Positions 50,925 through 60,536 of a stretch of 64,000 nucleotides of DNA are shown piece after piece. A program made the position numbers and the translations under genes. This DNA comes from an uncultured delta proteobacterium (GTDB lineage: Bacteria; Desulfobacterota; Desulfomonilia; UBA1062). The stretch spans positions 32,001-96,000 of the forward strand of contig CAVVYZ010000001.1 of assembly GCA_963752595.1 (NCBI GenBank), written 5' to 3'. The notes below the pieces were generated by a model. It was given only the letters and a program-made list of their open reading frames with translations. It was not told the DNA's origin and did no database searches. Every line of letters starts with the position of its first letter. Position 1 is the first letter of the stretch.

Positions 50925-51950
50925 CTATTTGGCGTTCAGTTTATATCCGGAAGGGACATCGAAGGTGCCGGAAGGCAGCGAGTCCACTTTAATGGACTTT
51001 ACCTCGGTTGTGCTCGAGAAGAACGGAGCGTTCTCGTCAGCCTTCATTCCATCCGACATCTTCTGGGAGATTACCCCTGAAAGGATGCCTCCCCAGCCGC
51101 TGGAGACATCGATGCCTCCGGATGAGCCTGCCTGTTCACTCTTGGGCGCCGGCTTCTTGTCATCTTCAATTCTCCAGTTTATGGTTGTACGGATCGGGTA
51201 GCCTTTGACCTTTGCCATCTCTTTCTTGAAGCCTTTGAACTCTTTTTCCATGCCTTTTTCCGGAGCCCCGCTCATCATGGAAAAAACGCTCATGCCGTAC
51301 TGCTTCGTCTCTTCCGGTGTGAGGTTCATGCCCGCCTTCTTCATGTATGCCTTTGAAAAGGCCATCTCCTCGGCCTGCAGTTTCTTGGTGGATGCATTTT
51401 CAGGGGTTGTCCAGAGATTGGTGGCCATGGTGTTTTTCGTTTTGGCCTTTGTATCCGGATTCTCTATCTCGATGAGCCAGGTAACAAGGTATTCCTCGCA
51501 GGGAAAGCTGTTGATCGTCTCGAATTTGCCGGTCTTCTTGACCGTGAACTCGCTCTTTGTCACCCGGACATTGGGCTTCTCGCCTGCGTCTTCTTTTTTT
51601 GCCTTCTCTTCCTTGGCAGCCGGATCATCAGGCCTGAAAGAGGTAATAGGATCTTCGGTATAGACCTTTTTATTCGGATCAAGGACCCACATGACACCCT
51701 TATCGATCCGGGTAATCGTGGTCGACTCGCTTCCGCCTGCCGCCCAGGAAAGAATGGCCCCGGTGAACTTGATCGACGAGGATTCCCACTGCTTGTCCCC
51801 TTGAATCCGTGAGACCGTGGTCTCCTCGTATGCCCCGCTGCCTTTGAAACCGCCGAACTTGGTGAATGATTCAACCGTGGCATCGGCCCACACGGATGAA
51901 GCAGCCATGAACAAGCACAACGCCGACATCAGAACACCCAGTTTTTTCAT
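50925..51950 (-). CDS. Secreted DUF4412-like protein
   Basis: Signal peptide; TITRIDKGVMWVLDPNKKVY, KTGKFETINSFPCEEY, GYPIRT, FDVPSGYK. Confidence 0.75.
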   Translation of the reverse strand: MKKLGVLMSALCLFMAASSVWADATVESFTKFGGFKGSGAYEETTVSRIQGDKQWESSSIKFTGAILSWAAGGSESTTITRIDKGVMWVLDPNKKVYTEDPITSFRPDDPAAKEEKAKKEDAGEKPNVRVTKSEFTVKKTGKFETINSFPCEEYLVTWLIEIENPDTKAKTKNTMATNLWTTPENASTKKLQAEEMAFSKAYMKKAGMNLTPEETKQYGMSVFSMMSGAPEKGMEKEFKGFKKEMAKVKGYPIRTTINWRIEDDKKPAPKSEQAGSSGGIDVSSGWGGILSGVISQKMSDGMKADENAPFFSSTTEVKSIKVDSLPSGTFDVPSGYKLNAK

Positions 51951-52385
51951 AAAAAAACCTCCTCTAGCTTGTTGCTTGAGCTGTTTCTTCCCAATTCGGC
52001 AGGATATAGACCTCTCCATTGATGTCAAGGAATATTATTACGGATAAGACCACGGGTAGGGGCACCGGTATGCACACTTTTGAAACCGCCATGGCAAAAA
52101 GGTTACCCGCTTAAAAAGAAGAAGCAACTTTTGAGTGCTTCGATTTTCTTATGGTGCGAAGTCATGAAAGGGCCTCCATACCGGCAGCGCTTCGATCCTT
52201 TCAGGACCTATGCCTTCTTCAACATATTCAGTGGAATAAGTATTGCAGAAAAGTTCATGCATGAAAAAAGGCAGAGGTCATTGTCTCATGAAGAAAAATG
52301 GAAGCAATCTAATACCTGTGGTGATGAAGATGGAGTTCAAGAACTATCTTCACGGTGAGCCTTTGAAATCGGAGGGAGGAATTCG

Positions 52386-54317
52386 ATGAGGAAGTTTTTT
52401 GACCCGATATGCAAGGTCATAACGTTTTTCTGTTTCATCATGGTCGCGCTCTTTGTCTACGATTTTTTCTTCTGGTCGAAGACCGAGGAGGGGAGGCTTG
52501 CATCAAAGGTAATCATAATCTTTTTCTCCCTCGCGGGATTCTTTATGTATTGCATCCACTGCATGATCAGGAAAGGAGAACACGCTGACAATCAAAGCTC
52601 ATGGGACAGCTTTGAAGCCCAAAATGAATATGAAAAAGAATATATCGCACTGGGATATGCCCTTCCCCATGAAAGGACCGAAACTCTCCCCGTACACGGA
52701 CCTGAGATCACGAGTATATACAAACTGAAAGTCATGAGCCTTGCAATAGCAGGTTATGCATATATCTTCGGGATTATTTGCGCACTTGCCTCTCTCCTGT
52801 ACCATCTTGTCCGGTTTGCTTTCACGACTTCCTATCCGTACATTCTCTTGCTCATGAGCATACCGGTTCTGTTCGTCGTCACGGTATTACTGGGAGCCAT
52901 GCTCGCGACAGTCCGAACCCGCATGACACCCCCGAAGGGCATCGAAGTTGCCCGCGACGATGCACCGGAACTTTTTGAAACGGTGAACCATCTGAGGAAA
53001 CGGCTGCAGGGCCCTCGCGTGGGCAAGATTGTGCTTACGAATGATTTTGCTGCATCCATTGTCCGGATTCCGCGGCTCGGGATTTTGGGATGGCACAAGA
53101 ATTACCTTGTCCTGGGGCTCCCGCTTCTTCAGGCCCTTTCCGTAACACAGACACTCGCACTTCTTGCGCATGAGTACAGCTATCTCTCAGGAGAGCACGT
53201 CTGGTTTGATTCCTGGATCTACAGGCTCAGGCAAACCTGGATGCAGACCATGAGGGCCCTGGAGAACCGGAAACACTGGAGCCGGTCGATCGCAACTCGG
53301 TTTTTCCGATGGTATGCCCCGTATTTCCATTCATATACCTTGCCACTCGCAAGGTCCCGGGAATACGAAGCGGATCTGTGCTCCGCCACCTTTGCAGGCG
53401 AGAGTGAAACCGCAGCAGCACTGGTACGGGCCCATGTGCTGGAGTTCTATCTACAGGAGTCATTCTGGCCGATGATAACGGATATGATGGAGACCCAGCC
53501 CGAACCCGTTGCATCGCTCTATGGGCTCATGCAGGAAAAATTCCAGCAGGGCATTGATGAGGGTCAGGCAAAAGAATGGGTCGAGAGATCGCTCCAAAAA
53601 GAGCCGGGATCAACCGATGCCCATCCGGACCTGAAAAAACGTCTGAATGCCATAAATGAGGCACCGGTCTTCCATAATTCCCTGGCGATGAGCTCCGCGC
53701 AATACTATTTTCCGGATCTCGATGCATTCAGAAAGCTTTTCGATGACGAGTGGCGATCATATATCAGAGCATCCTGGCAGGAAAGATATGCCTATGTACA
53801 CAAATTGAGAACCAGAATCGAAGAACTGTCTTCAAAGGCACGGCTGAAGCCATTGAATCTCGAAGAAGCCCTGGATCTTGCCTACCTCACCGAGGACCTT
53901 TCGGGCAGTGGAAAGGCATTACCTTTGTTCGAGCGCATCCTGAAATACAAACCCGAGTGCGTACCGGCTCTCTGTGCAGCGGGAAGGATAATGCTGGCAA
54001 ATGGAGACGAATCCGGGGCAGCCTGCATCGAACGGGTAATGGCTTTGGATTTGAACTACAGCATTTACGGCCTTGAAGCCCTTTATAATTTCTACCTGGA
54101 AAAAGGAGACCGGGAAAAGACCGGGAAGTATTACCAGAAGCTGTCCGATCAGAGAGATCTGATCGAGCATGCAGAACAGACGCGGAAATTGGAGACGGAA
54201 AGAGCCGCGTCCGCAGAAAAAGGTAAGAAGAACATCCGGAAGAAATTGCATACGGAGAGAATGAGCCTGGGATTGATAAAGGTGTGCCCTGTAGAGAATA
54301 ACCCTATCTTCCCGTAA
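52386..54317 (+). CDS. M48 (HtpX-like) membrane peptidase homolog with TPR-like C-terminus
   Basis: TMs, APELF, LVLGLPLL, ALLAHEYSY, REYEAD, AHP...RL. Confidence 0.85.
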   Translation: MRKFFDPICKVITFFCFIMVALFVYDFFFWSKTEEGRLASKVIIIFFSLAGFFMYCIHCMIRKGEHADNQSSWDSFEAQNEYEKEYIALGYALPHERTETLPVHGPEITSIYKLKVMSLAIAGYAYIFGIICALASLLYHLVRFAFTTSYPYILLLMSIPVLFVVTVLLGAMLATVRTRMTPPKGIEVARDDAPELFETVNHLRKRLQGPRVGKIVLTNDFAASIVRIPRLGILGWHKNYLVLGLPLLQALSVTQTLALLAHEYSYLSGEHVWFDSWIYRLRQTWMQTMRALENRKHWSRSIATRFFRWYAPYFHSYTLPLARSREYEADLCSATFAGESETAAALVRAHVLEFYLQESFWPMITDMMETQPEPVASLYGLMQEKFQQGIDEGQAKEWVERSLQKEPGSTDAHPDLKKRLNAINEAPVFHNSLAMSSAQYYFPDLDAFRKLFDDEWRSYIRASWQERYAYVHKLRTRIEELSSKARLKPLNLEEALDLAYLTEDLSGSGKALPLFERILKYKPECVPALCAAGRIMLANGDESGAACIERVMALDLNYSIYGLEALYNFYLEKGDREKTGKYYQKLSDQRDLIEHAEQTRKLETERAASAEKGKKNIRKKLHTERMSLGLIKVCPVENNPIFP

Positions 54318-54341
54318 CGCCTTTTTGTTTATCATACCGAG

Positions 54342-54388
54342 AAGGCATCCTCCCTTTCCCTTAAAAAGAGAAGGGAGGATGCCTTTTT
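54342..54388. terminator. Intrinsic terminator between convergent genes
   Basis: Perfect 15-bp stem AAGGCATCCTCCCTT / AAGGGAGGATGCCTT followed by Ts. Confidence 0.8.
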
Positions 54389-54397
54389 CAGGTTCTG

Positions 54398-56203
54398 TTA
54401 TTCGCCTTCCTTGTACAGAGCTTCGATGCTGTTGTTGTATCTTTCCGTGACATTCTTGCGCTTGAGCTTCATGGTCTGGGTCAGCATCCCGTTTTCCAGG
54501 GTGAACGGCTCTGAGATGAAGATGAACTTTTTCGGGATCTCGTAGCTGCCGTACTTGGTCTTCAGGGCATCGAGGATCTCCTTGGTGATCATCTTCTGCA
54601 CATCCTCCCGCTCTGTGAGGGCCTTGTAGTCTTTCGGCAGGTTGTTCTTCTGAGCGTATCCGTCCAGGGCGACAGGATCGGGCACGATCATGCAGACATT
54701 GTAAGGCCTTGTTGGCGCCGTAGATCAGGGCGTTCTGCACGTAGTGGTTCAGGCAGATATCCTCCTCCAGTGCTGCGGGGAAGACATACTTGCCGTTTTC
54801 GAGCTTGAACTGCTCCTTGATGCGGCCCGTGATCCACAGGAACCCGTCTTCGTCGATGCGGCCGCGGTCGCCGGTCCTCACGCCGCCGTCCGGGGTCATG
54901 ATCTCTTTGGTCGCTTCGGGCTTGTTGTGGTAGCCCTTCATGACATTGGGGCCGTAGCAGATGATCTCTCCGTCTTTGGCACCCGGCTCGACCACGGACT
55001 GGTCGATGACCACCCTGATCTTGTCCATCACCGGGCCCACGCTCCCGATCTTGAAGTTGCCGGGGCAGTTCATGGTAATGCCCGGGGTGGTTTCGGTCAT
55101 GCCGTAGGCATCGTAGAGAGGAATGCCGATGTCGTAGAAGAATTTGGAGATATCGGGGTTCATGGCCGCGCTGCCTGTCATGGAGCCGCGGAGCCTTCCC
55201 GCCGAAGAGGTCGCGGATCTTCTGGAACACGATCTTGTCCACGAGCTTGAACTTGAGTTCTGCCATGAAGCTCGACTTGCCCTGATCGGCCAGGCGTCGC
55301 GCTTTCTTTGCCGGCCTCAACGCCCATATCGAAGAGCGGCTTTCTTGAACCCGCCGGCATCATTCACTTTCGTGACGATCGTATCATACACCTTGTTGAA
55401 GATGCGGGGGACCGCGATGAGGAAGGTGGGCCTGATCAGCGCCATGTCCTGAACAACGGTGTTCGTGCTCTCCATGAAACCCATGGACCCGCCGAGCGCC
55501 GTGAACGTATGGAGCTCTCCCAGGCCGAAGCAATGCGCCCAGGGCAGCAGCGAGAGGACCTGTCGTTCTCGTTGAAATCGGGATAGGCCTTTGCCCGTGC
55601 ATGGTGGTTGCTCGTCCAGTTCATATGCATGAGAAGGACGCCCTTCGGGTCTCCCGTCGTACCGGAGGTGTAGACAAGGACTGCCACTTCCTCGGGATCC
55701 GGATAGATGGACTTGACCGGGTTCTTCTCTCCGATCTTTTCCAGCTCGGCCATCGTGTCCTTGCCTTCCCCGGCGATCACGATTGATCTTTTCCAGGGTA
55801 GGAATGCGAGAGGGAAAATCCTTGATCTTTGCCAGGATCTCCGGCTTTGAAACAAAGAGGACCTTGATGGCGCTGTCCTTGATGATGTATTCCCAGACAT
55901 GGGTCAGCTCCGCTTCGTACATGGGGACGTAGAAGGCCCCAAGACCCACGGTGGCATAATGGCCGACAGCCCAGTCGGTGCTGTTGTTGGAAATGATGCC
56001 CACTGCATCGCCCCTCTTGATGCCCAGGCCTGCCAGTCCGCCCGCAGATTATCGACACGACGGCCTACTTCGCGGTAGGTGACCCATTCGTACACCCCCT
56101 GCTTGTTCTTCGTGCCCAGAAACGGCCTGTCGGGAAATCGCTTCACGCTGCTCTCGAACAGCTCCACCAGATTGTCCGGTTTATCGAGCTGAAATTGAAC
56201 CAT
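54398..56203 (-). CDS. Long-chain fatty-acid--CoA ligase (several frameshifts)
   Basis: Across frames: [60 protein letters not shown]. Confidence 0.9.
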
Positions 56204-56367
56204 GTTACCTCCACTATCTGTTTATTATACCTTGCATTATTAAGTTTTATTATAAACATAAATTCGATCTTATATCTACTGGTTCCGGATAATCTTTTTG
56301 AAACGGGCAGAAAAACCATGAGGGCTGGAGCCGGCCGCCTTGGTTTGAAAAGTAGGCCGGCTTAAGG

Positions 56368-57508
56368 TCAATCTTTCAGGACATTTCGTGCAATGACGAT
56401 CCGCTGGATTTCGGAAGTTCCCTCATAGATCGTTGTTGCGCGTGCATCGCGGGAGAGCCTCTCGATCTTGAATTCTTTCGTGTAGCCATAGCCGCCGTGG
56501 ATCTGAACGGCGTGATAGGCGGTCTTGTTGGCCACCTCGGAGGCAAAGAGCTTTGGCCATGGATGCCTCAGTGGTAAAGGGCAATCCCCTGGTCCTTCTT
56601 GTCTGCTGCAGACAACGTGAGCAGGTGAGCGGCCTCGATGCCGGTGGCCATGTCGGCGATCATCCACTGGATGGCCTGGAACGAGCTGATGGACCTGCCG
56701 AATTGCTTACGGTCCTTGGCATACTTCACCGCCTCGCTCATGCATGCCCGCGCGATCCCGATGGCCTGCGATGCGATGCCGATGCGGCCGCTGTCCAGGG
56801 CAGTCATGGCGATCTTGAACCCCTGTCCGGCCCTTCCCAGGAGGTTCTCCTTGGGCACGCGGCAGTCCTCGAAGATGAGTTCTACGGTATTGGATGCCCT
56901 CAACCCCATCTTGTCTTCTTTGGATCCCACAGAAAATCCTGGAGTGCCTTTCTCCACGATGAGGGCGGAGAGGCCGCTTGTTTCCCTTCTCGGGGTCGGT
57001 CCTGGCGATGAGGTTAACCACGTCGGCATACCCGCCGTGGGTAATGAAGATCTTGGTCCCGTTCACGAGATAGTGGTCGCCTTTATCCTATGCCCTGATC
57101 TGAAGGCCCCCGGGTCTGACCCTGCAGAGGGCTCGGTCAGGGCAAAACATCCGAGCATCTCGCCGCCGGCGAGGCGGGTCAGGTATTTTTCCTTCTGGGC
57201 CTGGCTCCCGAACTTGAGCAGCGGCTCTGTGGAGAGGTTGGCAACCGACATGGTCACTGCTGTTGATGCACAGGCATAGGCGATCTCCTGGAGGGCAAGG
57301 CAGTAGCTCACCGCTCCTGCACCCGAGCCGCCGTATTCTGCCGGCACCATCATGCCGAGCAGACCCAGCCCTCCCATCTTCTTGACTGCCTCCAGGGGAA
57401 AGGTCTCTTCCCTCTCCCACTTCGATGCGAAGGGCTCGAGCTCTTTCTTTGCAAAGTCCTTGGCCATGAGGCCGATCATTTTCTGTTCAGCGTTCAGGTG
57501 AAATCCAT
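56368..57508 (-). CDS. Acyl-CoA dehydrogenase, short-chain type (several frameshifts)
   Basis: [49 protein letters not shown]; AAGGAGG RBS. Confidence 0.92.
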
Positions 57509-57518
57509 AGAAGCCTCC

Positions 57519-58068
57519 TTACGGCACATAGATGACAACCAGGAGCTCGGCCTTTTCCCTGGTGGGGTTGCTCAGTGCATGATGGAGCGAGGAATCGAAG
57601 GTGATGCTACTCGCCCTTCTTCAGGGTGGTGGTATTCTGCCCGACCTGGATCTTGAGGCCGCCGCTCAGGACATAGACGAATTCTTCTCCCTCGTGGTGA
57701 TACTCGACACCCTTGTGCTCGGTCTCAGGGTCGATGGTTACGCGGTATGCCCGCAGGTGCTTTTCCTCTCCGGGGCGGGTAAGCGGGGTATAGGCATAGG
57801 AAGCAACCCGCTTCTTGTGGCTTTTCACGCGCTTCTTCGTTGCCTCTTTCTCCTGGCCGCCCTGGACCTGCTCGATATCCATCTTGAAGGTCCGGCCGAG
57901 CTGGAGCACCAGCGCCACAGGCGGGGCAACCTTTCCCTCTTCGACATCTTCCAGCACCTTCGCAGGATAGCCGGTTTCCCGTGAGAGGGCCTCCAGGGTG
58001 ATGCCTCTTTCCTCCCGCAACGTACGGATTCTTCTGCCAAAGCTTTCTTCCGTTTTTTTCGCCATCAT
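57519..58068 (-). CDS. XRE-family regulator with cupin domain (frameshift near 57610)
   Basis: GRRIRTLREERGITLEALS HTH; HEGEEFVYVLSG; C-terminus SITFDSSLHHALSN in a shifted frame. Confidence 0.88.
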
Positions 58069-58220
58069 ACCTCCTCCTGCCGTAGGGTAAGCACAGTAAC
58101 AAAAAATAGTCAGGAATATATTGCTTGTGTATAGGTAAACTCAAAACCGATCTATGAGTCAATAAATATTTTCACAACATTAAAGGTAATCGTGTATCGG
58201 TATATCGGGAACTGAGAGCA

Positions 58221-58505
58221 TCAATTCCAGGCGGGCCGTTTCAGGAACAGGAGATGCAGCGCAAGCCAGAGGAAGACCATGCTTAAGGCTTTGGACAGTA
58301 TGGCCTGCAAGGGTCCGCGCTTGAGAAGAAATTTTCCGAGGGAGCCGGACAGGTAGCCGAGGGTGATGAAAAACGCCAGGGCCATCAGCCCGATCACCCC
58401 GCCCAGACATAGTATCTGCAGGAACAGGGGGCCGTGCCCCGCGGTGATGAGCAGGACCGCGGCTGCCCCAAGAAAAATCGGAAATGTCTCGGGGGCGAAT
58501 GCCAC
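58221..58505 (-). pseudogene. LysE/RhtB translocator remnant with internal deletion
   Basis: First helix (FLGAAAVLLIT) is joined directly to a C-terminal QILCLGG...VFLWLALHL segment; 94 aa versus about 200 aa for the family. Confidence 0.55.
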
Positions 58506-58518
58506 CGGGATCCTCTTG

Positions 58519-59025
58519 TCAGTTCGATGGAGAAGGCATGGGCGCTTCGGCGTCTTCCTTCGGGGTTCCCATCAGTTTCCTGTAGGTGTCGAGATATTCG
58601 GGCTTGCGCTCCGCGCAGAGCGCCTTCGTGATGAGCTCCACTGCCTCGGTTTCCCGGCTTCGTTCGTGCAGGAGGTTGGCGAGATTGTTCATTATGTCGG
58701 TATTCGTGCTGTCATAATCCAGGGCGCGCCGGTAATATATCTCGGCTATCATGAGGTCGCCCTTTTTGTAGAAGAGGTTCCCGAGGTTGAAATAGGGGAG
58801 CCACCAGTCATTCTCCTTTTCAAGTGCCTTGAAGTACTCCTTCTCGGCAAGGTCGAGCATGCCCTTCTGCTCGTAGACTACACCGAGGTCATTGTGCTCG
58901 GTCGCCGTCAGGGGGTCCTTCAGGATGATGATGCGCGGTGCAGAGCAGGAACTGACAAAAAGAGCGAGAAAGAGCATCCCTATCAGGGATGGATGACGAG
59001 ATATGCAGAGCCCTTCTTTTTCCAT
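58519..59025 (-). CDS. TPR lipoprotein
   Basis: Lipobox VSSC; DPLTA.EHNDLGVVYE, YFNLGN, NNLA TPR motifs. Confidence 0.85.
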   Translation of the reverse strand: MEKEGLCISRHPSLIGMLFLALFVSSCSAPRIIILKDPLTATEHNDLGVVYEQKGMLDLAEKEYFKALEKENDWWLPYFNLGNLFYKKGDLMIAEIYYRRALDYDSTNTDIMNNLANLLHERSRETEAVELITKALCAERKPEYLDTYRKLMGTPKEDAEAPMPSPSN

Positions 59026-59495
59026 ATTCTCACGAATTCCTCATCGCTGAAATGTCTGGATGCCTCATAGCCTGTGTGTGCGATGACACTGTTGCCCGCG
59101 CACCCCGTGACTACGAGATAGTGAGGTTTGGATACCACCCAGAAGCCCATATCAACAAGCACAATGACCGGTTTTTTCTGTTCGATGAAATTTCTGATAT
59201 CTCCGAGGCTGCCCTGCCCCAGGTGGGTTTTAAAACCTTTGGCTCTGGCGTAATTATCCAGGTCGGTAATCAGTGAGCCTTTGAGCCCTTCGCAGTAGAC
59301 TGATTCTCCGATGGTCTTCTGGTCGATTTCAGAGCCGTAGAAGGACATGACCGATGCAAGCGAAGCAGGCCCGCAGAAGCCGGTTGCCTGCTCCACGAAC
59401 GGCACTCCCTCTATTTCGGAAGCACAAGCGTTACCCGATATGAGCGTGAGCAGGAGAATCAGTATTTTCAAGGGAGAACTTGATGATGATGTCAT
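58983..59495 (-). CDS. C39-like cysteine peptidase (PA2778-like)
   Basis: VPFVEQ...FCGPASLASV, PVIVLVD.G, PHYLVVTG. Confidence 0.85.
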   Translation of the reverse strand: MTSSSSSPLKILILLLTLISGNACASEIEGVPFVEQATGFCGPASLASVMSFYGSEIDQKTIGESVYCEGLKGSLITDLDNYARAKGFKTHLGQGSLGDIRNFIEQKKPVIVLVDMGFWVVSKPHYLVVTGCAGNSVIAHTGYEASRHFSDEEFVRIWKKKGSAYLVIHP

Positions 59496-59871
59496 GGTTG
59501 AGCAGCTTCAGGATTATGATGACAAGGATAACGATAATCAGGACGCCGATAACGGCACCGACCCCGTCTCCCCCTGCGAGAACGTCCCCGGACGCCTGGG
59601 AAAGCAGATGTATCTGCGCGGGGCTCATTCCTGAGAGCTTGGTTCTGACCTCGTCTGCCGTGAGCCCGTAGTCCTTAAGCTTTTCCTGAACAAGCTTGTT
59701 TTCAAGGGCGAGCTGGATCGTGTCGATCTCCTCCTGGATCCGGGCCTTGCCGTCAGCTCCGGTTGAACCCTGAGATGGAACCATGGCAGCCCATGCAGGT
59801 GATGCTACAAGCCCGATCATGTAGGCAGCGACAACGGTCGCCAGGATGCGATTTCTCATAAATGATATCAT
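59431..59871 (-). CDS. PA2779-family protein
   Basis: Signal peptide, LEN..V..KL..YGL...EV..KL..MS, AGGDG, then hydrophobic tail. Confidence 0.8.
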   Translation of the reverse strand: MISFMRNRILATVVAAYMIGLVASPAWAAMVPSQGSTGADGKARIQEEIDTIQLALENKLVQEKLKDYGLTADEVRTKLSGMSPAQIHLLSQASGDVLAGGDGVGAVIGVLIIVILVIIILKLLNHDIIIKFSLENTDSPAHAHIG

Positions 59872-60043
59872 TTAACTACCTCCTCACATTTCTCTTTTGA
59901 TAATCCGCTTCCCCGGAAGTGTCAACAGGAAGGCAAAGGATGGGATTGCACTCCTGCCGGATCCTGATTTCCCAAGCCGGTCTCTTTCTATTCTTTACCA
60001 ATATCCTAGAAAAAACGAAAAACAAGGTTCGGCATGGTTGGAT

Positions 60044-60325
60044 TTATTCAGGCAGTCTCTTGCGCACTGCCGAGACTGCTTCCTGCCGGCGGTACATGTT
60101 CACCGGATGCGGCCCGATTATTTCATAGCGGTAGTCGTTGCCCGTCTTCCGGATCAGGGTATCGACCACGGTCTCGCTGGGCGAACCGTTGGCGTTGACC
60201 TGATCCTGGTAGCCGATATAGGGGCGAACTTTTTCCTTGTCGTACGGCTTTGTATTCAGCTCATCACAGTTCTTGAACTGCTTTTCAAGGGGGACACCTT
60301 TTTCTTCCAATGGATTGAAGGCCAT
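60044..60325 (-). pseudogene. Remnant of a conserved hypothetical protein, probable internal deletion
   Basis: Start MAFNPLEEKG.PLEKQ..N..ELN..PYDK resembles a longer conserved protein (from memory); AAAGGAGG RBS; only 93 aa. Confidence 0.45.
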
Positions 60326-60350
60326 AATTCCCTCCTTTATTGCGTTTATG

Positions 60351-60387
60351 AATGAAGGCAAAGACAAACTCATCCTTTGCCTTCATT
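60351..60387. terminator. 13-bp stem hairpin downstream of the acyl-CoA ligase
   Basis: AATGAAGGCAAAG / CTTTGCCTTCATT. Confidence 0.5.
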
Positions 60388-60536
60388 TCATTCATAATAC
60401 AGCAGGGAGGGAGTATTCAAGCAAATACCGGCCCAAGAAGGGCTGTTATCTACTTGAATTAACAAGGTAAAAAGGGTAGGGGTTTCTCCCGACGAGTCTT
60501 GCCTGCCGTCGGTTTACGTTAAGAATATCGTCCTTT

